From the NCBI RefSeq assembly GCF_006345805.1, contig NC_042998.1, positions 177,940,001 through 178,004,000 on the forward strand: a DNA stretch of 64,000 nucleotides, given 5' to 3'. The notes under the pieces are model-generated. The model worked only from the letters and a program-made list of their open reading frames with translations. It ran no database searches and was not told the DNA's origin. This DNA is from Octopus sinensis (lineage: Eukaryota). Below, in pieces: positions 25,402 to 37,320 of this stretch (position 1 is the stretch's first letter; each line of letters opens with the position of its first letter). The position numbers and the translations under genes are program-made.

Positions 25402-26354
25402 ACCAGCGACCAGGCTAGAGGTCAGATTGATAGCTCGGGTAAGCTGAAGTTTTAAGCAAATACATAAACGTACCATCATATTTTAGTTTCGAATAAAATA
25501 TTAGAATTTCATTCATCCCCTAATAGCTCCTAGAAATATATATATATATATATATATATTAATGGGTTGGTTGAATGGGTTATTAAAGCAACAAGTAATG
25601 TGAACGTGAAAAGGACTATATACATGAATCAAAATCTGATTTTCCATGAGAAAATATGGTGACCAAAGAAGCTAAAGGAAGTCAGTCACCTTTTTCTTTT
25701 TTACCTAAAAAATAATTTACATCTAACTGGGTGAAGGATTTTTTTATTGCTCCCAAGAGGAGTTGGTAATGTACCTAAATATTGCTGAAAAGGATTTTAA
25801 CATTTCCAGGCATAAACACATTTCAACAGATAACATTTATTTTATTTTTATGTAATCATTAAAAATAAAGTTGTACCTTTCTTTTCTCTTATGGTGGGCA
25901 TAATAAACGTAAATATATTCTATATATTTTAAGGTAAATTATCAAGTAGGTAAAATGAATAGAACAAATTCTAACTAATATATCTAATCCCAATGCTGAA
26001 CTTTCTAGTTATGTATGTATGTATGTATGCATAATTCATTCCATCGTTTCTTATGGAAATCAAAAATTTCTTTGTTTTTCCTCACTTAAAAATTTTTTTT
26101 TATCACGTTTGCATAGAATAAGAATATATTCGAAATGACCATGTTTTTTTTATTACATATTGAACTTATATGTGTCGCTTTACGACCGATGTTTTTTGAA
26201 CACGCTTTTAGATTAATTGCATTCCGAAGTTAAATAGTTTCTGTGGTCTGAATATCTGAGCACATAGTGATCGATATTTCCTTGAGAACAGGATTTGTAG
26301 TTATTTACTGAATATTCAAAGGGCTTAATTCCTTATGTTATTATTGCTGTTAAT

Positions 26355-26359
26355 TTTTT

Positions 26360-26404
<45 letters not shown>

Positions 26405-26560
26405 TTCTTCTTCTTCTTCTTCTTCTTCTTCTTCTTCTTCTTCTTCTTCTTCTTCTTCTTCTTCTTCTCTTCTTCTTCTTCTTCTTCTTCTTCTTCTTCT
26501 TCTTCTTCTTCTTCTTCTTCTTCGTCGTCGTCTTCCATTTTTGTCCTCTTCTTCTTCCTT
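26355..26560. repeat. (TTC)n microsatellite
   Basis: Direct inspection. Confidence 0.97.
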
Positions 26561-26568
26561 CTATCAGG

Positions 26569-26599
<31 letters not shown>

Positions 26600-26603
<4 letters not shown>

Positions 26604-27856
26604 GTCATCCCATAAGTTCTGTCTGAATTTTGAATAAAGAAAATAAGTGATCAAATGTTATATTTAATTCAAATTTAATGATTATCTATGACTTCCTTTC
26701 ATCTATTTACAAGCTTTTTTAATCCCATCAATGTAAAACTCTTTTGGTTTCAAAGCGAAGAACTCTAACATGTCAGTTTCGACCTCCTCCTGGCTTGCGA
26801 AAGTTATGTCCCCCAAATGATTCTGTAAACTACGAAACAAATGGTAGTCTGATAGGAGCAAGGTCGGGAGGATAAGGTGGATGAGGAACTTTTTCCCAAC
26901 CAAGCTCTTCGATCTTCTGTGATGTGATCTTTGCAGCGTGGGGTCGCGAATTGTCCTGATGAAACATCACTCCTTTTCGATTCACTAAAGCGGGTCTTTT
27001 TTTCTTCAAAGCGTGATTCAAACACTCTAATTACTGACTGTAAACTTGAAGCATTGATTCTTGCATTAGGTGGTTACAATTTAAAGTGAATTACTCCTTT
27101 GCAATCCCATCAGATAGAGAAAAGAACCTTTTTTCCATGAAGTTCCCTTCTCAGTTGTGGTTGAGTTTTTTCTCTTTTACCAAGCCATTGTTTACGACGT
27201 TTAACATTTCGATAGAAGATCCATTTATTGTCACCAGTCACAAGTCTATTCAAAAAGGGTGAAATGAGTTCGCGAGAATGGAGAGAAGTGCAGATGTCAA
27301 CTGGGGATTTGCAGTTGCTTTCGGACAATTCATGAGGAACCCATTTTCCAAGTTTAGGAACCTTTCTAAGTTGTTGAAGATGACCATGAGCAGTTGCTTG
27401 GTTTGAACTAAACTTTATTACCAATTCCTCGACTGATAAGGCAAGATTTTCTTCAAGTAATGCCTCAAGGAGCTTATCATCAAACTCAACTGGACGTCCT
27501 GTTCGATTTTCATCTTCAAGGCTGAAATCTCCACTTCTGAATTTTGTAAACCATCTTCTGCAAGTTCTTGCATTCAAGCATTTTTTTCCCATAAGCTTCG
27601 TCTGCAGAGTTTCTTTTTCTTTTTTGTACTCATAAAGCATTATGTACCTTAAATACTCTTTGGATACTTTCATGTTAGAAAGGGTCTTAATCAAAGAATT
27701 TTAATTCTATTATTCTGTAAAATAATATTTAATTAGTTTAAATGTACACAAATGCATAAAAATAATTTTTAATTCCATTAAATATTCTAAAATACAATTA
27801 AATTTCATTCAATTTTAAAAAAGGTAAAATCGGACAGAACTTATGGGATGACCTGA
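26600..27856 (-). mobile_element. Full-length mariner (DD34D) with disrupted transposase
   Basis: TIRs TCAGGTCATCCCATAAGTTCTGTC(T/C)GA at both ends with TA flanks. Motifs WVPHEL, TGD(N)KW, HQDN, YPPDLAP-D. Frameshifts present. Confidence 0.95.
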
Positions 27857-28137
27857 TAATTGTATTTTTTGTTATTGTTTCTATGAATAATGTCAGTCTA
27901 TTTCTTCATATCTATTTTTTCTATTTATTTTCTCTGTTGTCTCTTTTCACTTTTATTGGGATTGTTATTTCTGTTATCGATACAAGAATGCAGTGGTGAA
28001 TGTTTCCTTTCAGCTACTCTGAGTTGATAAAATATATACTAGTCATATACAGTGGTTGATTATTCAATCGCTCGTACTCACTTCGTAATAAATTTGTAAT
28101 TATGAGTCAATATGAGGGTTCGTAATACCATTGCAAA

Positions 28138-28270
28138 AAGCGGCGAGCTGGCAGAATCGCTTACTCATCGGAGAAAATGGTTAACAGTATTTCTTCTGAC
28201 TCTTTATGTACTGAGTTCAAATTCCACCGAGGCCACCTTTGCCTTTCATTCTTTCGGGGTCTATTAAAAA
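28138..28270 (+). mobile_element. tRNA-derived SINE family B, 5' part
   Basis: GCGGCGAGCTGGCAGAATCG...GAGTTCAAATTCCACCGAGG, matching the copies at 43 kb and 50.7 kb. Confidence 0.8.
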
Positions 28271-28339
28271 AAAAAGACAAAGAAACCTAGGGTCAATGTA
28301 ATCGAAAGGGACAACCACAAAGTCTTGAGAGCAAGACAG

Positions 28340-28841
28340 CTCCATCGTCAACCACTCCAAAAACTGAACCCAGGGTGATAGTCCAGTGACCAAGACAACG
28401 ATATTGATAACAACGTGATGGTGGTGGGGGGTATTGTTTGGGGTGGAGGTAGCCCTTTATATTATTGTTGCTTCTTAGTCTCAAGCCAATCCTCATTCAC
28501 CTAATAGCCTTTCTTCCATAGGCACAAGGCCTGAAATTTTGGGGAAATTACATTGATCCCAGGGCTCAACTGGTACTTATTTTATCGACCCTGAAAGGAT
28601 GAAAGACGAAGCTGACTTCGGCAGAGTTTGATTGCACAACGTAAAGACGGACGAAATGCTGCTAAGCATTTTGCTCGGCGTGCTAACGATTCTGCCAACT
28701 CGCGGCCTTTCATTGAGCTATATCAAAGACACTCATTCCCCAGGGAGCCTCATCCTTTAGTTACATCCTATCCTCCTGGAATTCTGAACTTGGTAATGCC
28801 ATTCCAGAAAAAGCATCATGTAAATTATAACTTTTGAAATA

Positions 28842-28883
<42 letters not shown>

Positions 28884-29290
28884 TGTGTGTGTGTGTGTAT
28901 GTGTGTGTGTGTGTGTGCATGTACGTACACAGCTGCACACATACACACATACACATTATTTTAGAAGTTAAAACTTACATGTGGCTTTCTCCGGGTCAGC
29001 AGTGCCAAGCTCAGAATTCCAAGAGTATAGGATTTAACAAAGAGACGAAGTTGACTGACGTTCAGTGAGGAAAAAGTGTACAGTATGTCCTTGATGTTAG
29101 GCCAACGAGGTTTAACTTGACACTAAACAGCAGCGGCAATATAACTGACCACCTCCTCCGAAAGCAATACTCTCACCATCACAACACACGTTGTTATCAA
29201 TGTTATCGTCATGATCACCGGGCTGTCATCCTGAGATGCTTTCTCCCCGCATCTTCTCTCTATTGCATACTTTAGGAATGGTTGCCAGTG
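28340..29290. repeat. Old, diverged large inverted repeat centred on a (TG)n/(CA)n tract
   Basis: 28750-28850 is the diverged reverse complement of 28945-29045. 28375-28500 is the diverged reverse complement of 29090-29235. Confidence 0.7.
28510..28708 (-). mobile_element. SINE family B copy inserted in the left arm of an old inverted repeat
   Basis: Matches the family B consensus seen at 43393-43625. Confidence 0.8.
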
Positions 29291-29725
29291 TGTAAGAATG
29301 TATATATGCACCTGCCTATTTAGATATGAAAAAGTATGGCTTTGAACCTGTGTACTCTGTTTGCTTCTCTCCTACTATACATTGTCCTTTGGATTTAGTC
29401 ATGCCACTTATATTTTTGATAATTTGCATAACGGAAACATATTAAACATTTAATAATATTCTTTGTATTTTTTGCTAAACATAAAAGAGGTGGATTAACA
29501 AGACAATATAATTTTTCAACAAGCTGTTATATAATCCTGACAATAATTTTCTGAAACGCGTGTATGTTTTATAAGACATAAAATATATGTTTCCCGTATT
29601 TTATTCCAACCAGCAGCCTATACCGTGGTTTGATGCACCGTGTCATACCGGACTGGATATAGGAGTGGGATGCAAGACCTACCAAACAGCCTTAACTTTG
29701 GTTACGGTTCGCGTTTCACAGCGCA

Positions 29726-29815
<90 letters not shown>

Positions 29816-29849
29816 AACCTAATCTGTTTTCCCATTTTACATTGACATT

Positions 29850-30044
29850 TCTGTGATACACAATCCCTATTGATAGGCCCCCACTTTTTTTTTCACGATC
29901 CCTTTTGACCGGAATTCGACCAACTTTCTTTCTTTCTTTCTTTCTTTCTTTTTTTTCCTTCTCATCTTCTTCCCAGAAAGAAAAGCTCTATTTTGTATTT
30001 TGTCCCTTTTGTGTTTAGCCCTTCGTGGCTAATAAAGAAACATG

Positions 30045-30045
<1 letters not shown>
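29850..30045 (+). mobile_element. Non-LTR 3'-tail fragment (second copy 32455-32620)
   Basis: ATCCCTATTGAT...ACGATCCCTTTTGA...AAAGAAAAGCTCTA...TTTGTCCC...AGCCCT..GTGG.TAATAAAGAAACAT, each copy followed by (TATC)n. Confidence 0.6.
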
Positions 30046-30117
<72 letters not shown>

Positions 30118-30118
<1 letters not shown>

Positions 30119-30922
30119 CATCTTCCGCTTCTTGTGGAAAGGATGCGTCCCGATGGTCAGGCGATCCATTTGCTGTCAACACCCGTTAAAAGGAGGGCTG
30201 GACATGTCGTGGTTGATGATGCGCAGACACGCGCTGAGACTGCGACATCTCCGGCTCTACGTAGAAGATAGTGAACAGGTGTGGTCGCCGTTTGTGAGGC
30301 ACACTTTCCCGCAGCTCGTCTCCATGACCGAACTGCAGTCGTGGATCAAAAAGAGGCCGAGGAAGGGCGAATGGCACCGCGAGTGTCGCGTTGCTCTCAA
30401 GCAACTATGCCGTCTCGGGTCGACCTTGAGCGACTTCAACACAACCAAAGCATTCTATAGGGGATTAGTGGAGGAGAGGTACGACGACGATTTCGGGGCA
30501 AACCTGGGCGTCGACGAGGAATACCTGACCCGCCTGTTCAAGATGACTTTCGGGCCGGGACCTATCGACAACTTCCAGAGATCCCTGGCCTGGCAGTGCT
30601 ACCGAGAAGCGCTACCTGTTCGGGATAAGCTCTACAGACACGGCTCGAGAAACACGGGGCCGACCTGCCCGAGATGCGGTCAGAGCGACGAAACCGTTCT
30701 GCACGCACTCGTGCAGTGTCCAACCATTTCCGACCTGTGGGCTTATGTCGAACGACTGCTGTCACGTGTGGGACGAGTCAGTTTATCAGTCGAGTCTATT
30801 GTCAATATCGTCACGCCTCCTTCCTTCAAACGGGAAGGAAGAGCTATTTTCATCATACTTGTGGCTATGGCGAAAGAATGTATCTGGTGGACGCGTCTGA
30901 AAGGATTAGAGACAAACACTGA
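30118..30922 (+). mobile_element. Tx1-like LINE ORF2 3' fragment with open frame
   Basis: IFRFLWKG..PMVRRSICCQHPLKGGL...DNFQRSLAWQCYREALPVRDKL...CPRCGQSDETVLHALVQC (C-terminal CCHC). Same family as 18-19 kb. Confidence 0.88.
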
Positions 30923-30975
30923 CGACAAACTTCTTAATTATTTAACTATTGACAACAATGAATTAAAATTTTTGG

Positions 30976-31355
30976 TAGCCTTTATTGGGTTGATTGAGCT
31001 ACTGCTGTAAATTTAGTTTTCATGAGGTGTGCAGAGGAAAAGATTAACCGAATGGAGACTATTTCTCAGGGTTATGGATTGCGGTAAGAAATTTGTGTTA
31101 TATGATTCATAAAGAAAGTCAAATGGTTTAACCTCATGTTCAGTTGTGTAAACCAATTTATCATTTGGCTGGGATCAGCTATCATTATATTCTTAAGATT
31201 TCCAATTTTAGTCACCAGGACCTGTGATTGTATTATACATTTGTCAATTAATTTTACCAGATTCCGTTTAATTAAAATACAATCATCTTAACTATACCAA
31301 ATTAAATACAGAGAACTTCTCTGGCTTGTACTGGAACACCTCCAACCCAACCATT
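30976..31355 (+). repeat. About 380-bp direct repeat, partner at 36087-36468
   Basis: Collinear, highly similar blocks TTGAGCTACTGCTGTAAA...GAACACCTCCA about 5.1 kb apart. Confidence 0.9.
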
Positions 31356-31454
31356 TACAGAACAGAGTATATCGTATAATTTTAAATAATAAAGCGGTGC
31401 TCCAGAATGGCAGCAGTCAAATGACTGAAACAAACAAAGGAAAAAAGGAATATA

Positions 31455-32365
31455 GACGCAGGCGTGGCAGTGTGATAAGAAGTTTGCTTCCCCCGCGGCC
31501 CAAGGGAAAAAGAAAAGAAAAAAGAAAAACGGGACATTGCCGGTAGGTTGTGACACGCTGCCGGCGTGTCCCGATTCTCCTTCGGCGGGTGTGCCGCTGG
31601 AGGAGGAATTTGTGGTCCGCTTCCTCAAGGGAGGAACTTTGCAGAATGTAATTAAAAAAATTGAAAGGAAGGGCCGGTGGGAGGGGCTTCTGTCCTGCAC
31701 GGAGGACCCTGAGTGGCCTTCGCAGGTGGCTGCGGAGGTCTTATGGGATAACGATTTGTGAAGGATAATGAATTCCTTCCAAGCGGACTCCTATAGCTAT
31801 ATGGCCAAGTGGTCCGGCTTGGGACCGAATAGGTGCTTCGATGAAGCAAGGAGCCTGGTCGGACGGAAAAGTATTGGATATTTGGACTCAAAAAGAGTCT
31901 ACAAAATGTAAAAAAAGTGAGAGGTTTATTGCTTCGTGTGTGTGATATTTTTTCAATATTGAACTATGTACGAGGTTTATAGCCTCATTGTGCTTCAAAA
32001 AAAAAAAAAAAAAAATAATTCTGAACTAAGTAAGAGGTTTATCGCCTCATTGTGTTTTTTTTTAAAAACAAAAAATGAACAATGTTTTAGAGAAGCGAAA
32101 GTCGGTGGGCGCTTTTCGTCTTCTCCCAACCTTATCATCCTTGCATCATTATCATTCATCCCATTAATGTCTGTGTCCAGCCCGCAAGCTTCTCTCTGTG
32201 TGATGCCCTTGTGGCAAATTAAATGAAATAAAGAAGTTTGCTTCCCAACTACATGGTTCAGCTCCTTTGCGTGACACCTTGAGCAGGTACTTTCGACTAC
32301 AGCCACAGGGCTGACCAAAGTCTTCTGAGTGCATTTGGTAGACGGAAATTGAAACAAGCCCGTCG

Positions 32366-32377
<12 letters not shown>
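31455..32377 (+). mobile_element. SINE family A head split by a 738-bp insertion (31493-32230) with 16-bp TSD
   Basis: AAGAAGTTTGCTTCCC at 31477-31492 and 32231-32246. The SINE head resumes after the second copy. Confidence 0.8.
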
Positions 32378-32458
<81 letters not shown>

Positions 32459-32623
32459 ACGATCCCTATTGATCGTTTTTTTTCCTTTTTACGATCCCTT
32501 TTGATCGAAAACCTACCCCACCTTTTTCCTTTTTTTTCTTATTTCTCCCCAAAAAGAAAAGCTCTACTTTGTAATTTGTCCCGTCTATGTCCAGCCCTAT
32601 GTGGTTAATAAAGAAACATATCT

Positions 32624-32734
<111 letters not shown>

Positions 32735-32785
32735 ATACATGTGTGCGTATGTGTGTGTGTCATTGTGTAGGAATATATATATACA

Positions 32786-33002
32786 CAAGGGGTTTATGGA
32801 AAGTTCCACACTTTAAGGGTATCACCAAAGGCCTGGTTGGAGGCTCAACCTTCCGCGTTCTTTGACAGAGCTTAGAAAAATTGAAGGACCGCTGCAATAA
32901 GTGTGTGAATCTGAGAGGGGAATATGTTGAATAGAATCATAATTAACTAATCTTCCTGCCTTTCCTTTTACCCAAAGCCAGGAACTTTTTAGCACATCCA
33001 CG
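32786..33002 (-). mobile_element. Mariner-derived MITE (same family as 45560-45775)
   Basis: Diverged TIRs. Retains the transposase tail ...LKDRCNKCVNLRGEYVE*. Confidence 0.75.
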
Positions 33003-33164
33003 TATATGTATGTGTGTGGGGTGGGGTGGGGGCTGGAGGTGCTGATCGGAAGCCTTTTAGTCTATGAATTACTGACAATTAGACAGTGAAACTGAACCCG
33101 AAACGAACACCTTAACTACATAACTATGCTTGCGCCTATCTGTCTTTCTCTGTCTGTCCCTAAC

Positions 33165-33225
<61 letters not shown>

Positions 33226-33227
<2 letters not shown>

Positions 33228-33635
33228 TCTTTTACTCTTTTACTTGTTTCAGTCATTTGACTGCGGCCATGCTGGAGCACCGCCTTTAGTCGAGCAAATC
33301 GACCCCGGGACTTATTCTTTGTAAGCCCAGTACTTATTCTATCGGTCTCTTTTGCCGAACCGCTAAGTTACGGGGACGTAAACACACCAGCATCGGTTGT
33401 CAAGCAATGCTAGGGGGACAAACACAGACACACAAACAAATACACACACACTTATATATATATACATATATACGACAGGCTTCTTTCAGTTTCCGTCTAC
33501 CAAATCCACTCAAAAGGCATTGGTCAGCCCGGGGTTATAGCAGAAGACACTTGCCCAAGATACCACGCAGTGGGACTGAACCCAGAACCATGTGGTTGGT
33601 TAGCAAGCTACTTACCACACAGCCACTCCTGCGCC
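33226..33635 (-). mobile_element. Full-length tRNA-derived SINE family A
   Basis: Head GGCGCAGGAGTGGCTGTGTGGTAAG...TTCAGTCCC (A/B boxes), CTTGGGCAAGTG core, internal microsatellite, and tail GACTGAAACAAGTAAAAGAGT. Matches 59243-59633. Confidence 0.9.
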
Positions 33636-34065
33636 ATATATATATATATGGACACCTACATACGTAGACATGAATGCATATATGCAAATACCCACAAACG
33701 CATCTCATATAATATTACAAATAATATCTGGTAAGTATAACGAAAATGCTTCTTAAGCAAAGCATTTTAGTAGAACATTCGATGAATATGGAAAAAAAAA
33801 TTATATTTGATGCGATAATACAGACTACATTGAATTAAAACGGATGGATATTTGGAAATAAATTACCATATATATATATCAAAATATGCATAACATACAT
33901 ATTAAGTATTTTCTACTAGCACAAGCCTATTACATAACAGAAATCACAACTTACAAATGTGACGGATGCCAAAACTTTGGGAATCTTGAAGGAATTTTTG
34001 TCAAAAAAGAAAAGAAAGCAAAAAACAAAATATAGAGGTTCTACTGAACGAAACAAAGATAAAAT

Positions 34066-34104
<39 letters not shown>

Positions 34105-34106
<2 letters not shown>

Positions 34107-34300
34107 GGGAAAGTTTACGAAAAAAAAAAACAAATGACGAAGACAGGCGGTGTACAAAACAAACAGATGTATTAGTATAACGCTCAGGAATAGAAAAAAT
34201 TCTTTTACGTTTCGAGCCTACGCTCTTCTACAGAAAGGGCCACAGAAAAAACAAGGAGAGAAAAAAAATGTGTGTAGTGGCTAACGATCTATCATGGCGG
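34105..34300 (-). mobile_element. Family A pLTR-like repeat inside (TA)n
   Basis: Third copy of the 1736-1917 block. Confidence 0.75.
34202..34237 (-). ncRNA. Minimal type I hammerhead-like motif, family A (best copy)
   Basis: CTTT-CTGTAGA-A-GAGC-GTAG-GCTC-GAAA-CG-TA-AAAG. Perfect 4-bp stems I and II, palindromic ACGT stem III, GUA triplet. Confidence 0.6.
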
Positions 34301-34498
34301 CTATCACATATATATATAACTTATAAACAAGGGCAAAAGAAAAAAATTTCTAATGCCAAATATACCGAAACTAGACACGTCGTCCATAACCATATGGACG
34401 TTGTTTATAAGTTGTTTATAAATTTAACCCTTAAAGGTATTTTTTAATATGCTGGCCATTTATAAAATTTATTTTTCGAAAAAATATTATCCTATATT

Positions 34499-34580
<82 letters not shown>

Positions 34581-35689
34581 TTGTGTCTGTTTGCCCCTCA
34601 CCATCGCTTGATAATCGATGTTGGTGTGTTTACGTCTCCATAACCTAGCGGTTCGGATAAAGACCGATAAAGTAAGTACTAGGCTTACAAAGAATAAGCC
34701 ATGGGGTCTGTTTTCAAATGTAATTCAGGAAAATTGAAGAGGCAAATTTACTTTATCTTGGTTTACTCATTTTGCCCCATAAACGCAGATAATTTTCTGA
34801 AATAGCGTTCAGATTACCTTATAGTATTTCCCATGCATTTAGAGAATGCCGTTTGCTTAATTGATATAGTTATTCTAAAGTACTAACCGTTTGTAAACAA
34901 AAAAAAATTTTTCAAAGTCAAAAATACAGTAATGCTCCTCACTCCTATATTTGCACATTGTGTTTGATTAATATACATAATGAATATAATATTTATGTAT
35001 AGTAATCAATTTCTACTGCTTATAATATAATAATCAATCTCTACTGCTGTATAATATTAGGTGTTTATTTTGTCCTAATATCTTAAAGTGTGTCTATCTA
35101 TCTAATTGTTTTGATGGGATGAAAAAAATTAGCTTAACTAAACAGAGCAAACGTGATATAGATAGACAGGTGTAGGGCAACGTTTTCAACGTTAGATTAA
35201 CGGTTCTGGCTCAGTGGGTCTATCTCTTAGGCTTCATATTTGCGCATTTAATGTATCACTTTACGCTGAAAACATTGGTAACACACACACATACATACAT
35301 ACATACATACATACATACATACATACATACATACATACATACATACATACATACATACATACATACGTACATACATACATACATACATACATGATGGCTG
35401 CCCCCTCGTTATCGAGTATGGCCATTGCACGAAGGTTAACTGTTATTGGTGCTGTGATCAAATGTGACTTTTTAGCCCAGCTAAAGATCTACAATGTCTT
35501 GAACGGAATTGGCAGCTTTACATACATAAACACATACATACATACATACATACATACATACATACATACATACATACATACATAATACATACATACATAC
35601 ATACACACATACACATCACATACATACATACATACATACATACATACATACATACATACATACATACATACATACATACATACATAACC

Positions 35690-36080
35690 GTGCTTGCACA
35701 GTTGTGGAAATCAGCTGCCCAGTAGATGTTAACATAAAGCTAAAGAGCAGCGAAAAAGAAAATTCCTATGCTGAACTATTGAGGAATCTACAGCTACTCT
35801 AGTCAGATTACAAGTTCAGGTTTATACCTGTAATTATTGGGGCGCTGAGATATGTAACACACTGCCTAAATACCAATCTTTAGATATAAAGTTTCTCAGA
35901 ACCAGAAAAGGAGAAAGCTGATTCGAAGACTATAGATCCAATCCATTACTGGAACTGTAAAAATCTGTAAAACTTTCTAGTAGTTTATCATTTAAGTATA
36001 TATCAGCATGTCTAGACATGCAAATATATGCATGCGAATACATACATAAAACAAAGCATACAAATCTGCACATATACATA
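35690..36080 (+). mobile_element. 3' fragment of an RLE-type (R2/NeSL/Hero-like) non-LTR element
   Basis: VVEISCPVDVNIKLK..EK..SYAELL...FIPVIIGAL...GTVKICKTF resembles the restriction-like endonuclease C-terminus. Inverted copy at 60405-61020. Confidence 0.7.
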
Positions 36081-36516
36081 CATAGAGTAACCTTTATTGT
36101 GTACATTGAGCTACTGCTGTAAAATTAGTTTACATGACGAGCGCAGAGGAAAAGATTAACCTAATGGAGACTATTTCTCAGGGTTATGGATTGCGGTAAG
36201 AAATTTGTGTTAGATGATTCGTAATGAAAGTCAAATGGCTTAACCTCGTGTTCAGTTCAGTAAACCAATTTATCATTTGTCAGGAATCAGGTATCATTAT
36301 ATTCTTAAGATTTCCAATTTTAGTTACCAGGACCTGTGATTGTATTATACATTTGTCAATTAATTTCACCAGATTCCGTTTAATTAAAATACTATCATCT
36401 TAACTATACCAAATTAATATAATACAGAGAACTTCTCTAGCTTGCACCTGAACACCTCCAGCCCGACCATATATATATATGCAAAGTGCGGTAAATATAT
36501 ATATATACATACATAC

Positions 36517-36588
<72 letters not shown>

Positions 36589-36639
36589 ATGTGCAAAGTG
36601 CGATTAATATATATATATATACATATATATATACACACA

Positions 36640-37320
36640 TACAAAGTGCGGTAAATATATTGTCGTTTAAATTACGCAAAAATAAAAATAACGCTGACAT
36701 CTCATTTGAACAGATATATTTACCAAAATTACATTAAAATATTTTGAAATGCTAAAGAGTAAATTTATTCAATAAAATCGCTGTTGGCTTCTACCACGGC
36801 CTCCAGACCACTTCGGAATTTCCTGCGACACTTCTGGATGGTCTCCTTGTTTAAGTTGGGGAATGCTGCCATAATTCTTGCTGTCAGTTCACCTTTGATG
36901 TTACAAAGAGTTTTGTCGGTCCCTCGCTCGACTGCGTCCAACACATAAATAATCAAGGGGTTGCAGTCTGGGGAGTTAGTTGGCCAGATGTTAGGGATGA
37001 CGTGGTCATAGAAATTGTCTGACAGCCATGACTGGGTTCTTCCGCTTGTATGGAATGATGCAGAGTCCTGTTGCCAGACATAGGGTCTTCTAGCAGTCAC
37101 CCTCTTGACCCAGGGAAGCACTACCTCCTCCAAGCACTTGATGTAAGCCTCCGTGCTGAGTCTGAAGCCGTGTGGGATGATGAATAGAGGCATAACATCG
37201 CCATCACTAGTGATCACTCGAAACACCATGATGTTGATTGGATGTTTCATTTTCATCACCCTCGGTACATGTTTTGAGGACACGGCAAAGTGAGGGTTGG
37301 TCCATGTGTTCACCATCTAT
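36640..37320 (-). mobile_element. Tc1/mariner maT (DD37D) transposon, 3' half
   Basis: WQQDSA..H...WPTNSPDCNPL(D), with 37 residues between the second and third Asp positions. TIR-like end at about 36640. Confidence 0.85.

Noticed and set aside
29535-29562. CCTGACAA...GAAACGCGT, and similarly CTAATG...CGAAACTAG at about 34350-34375, as hammerhead relics
   Set aside because: The core is incomplete and there is no stem II pairing.
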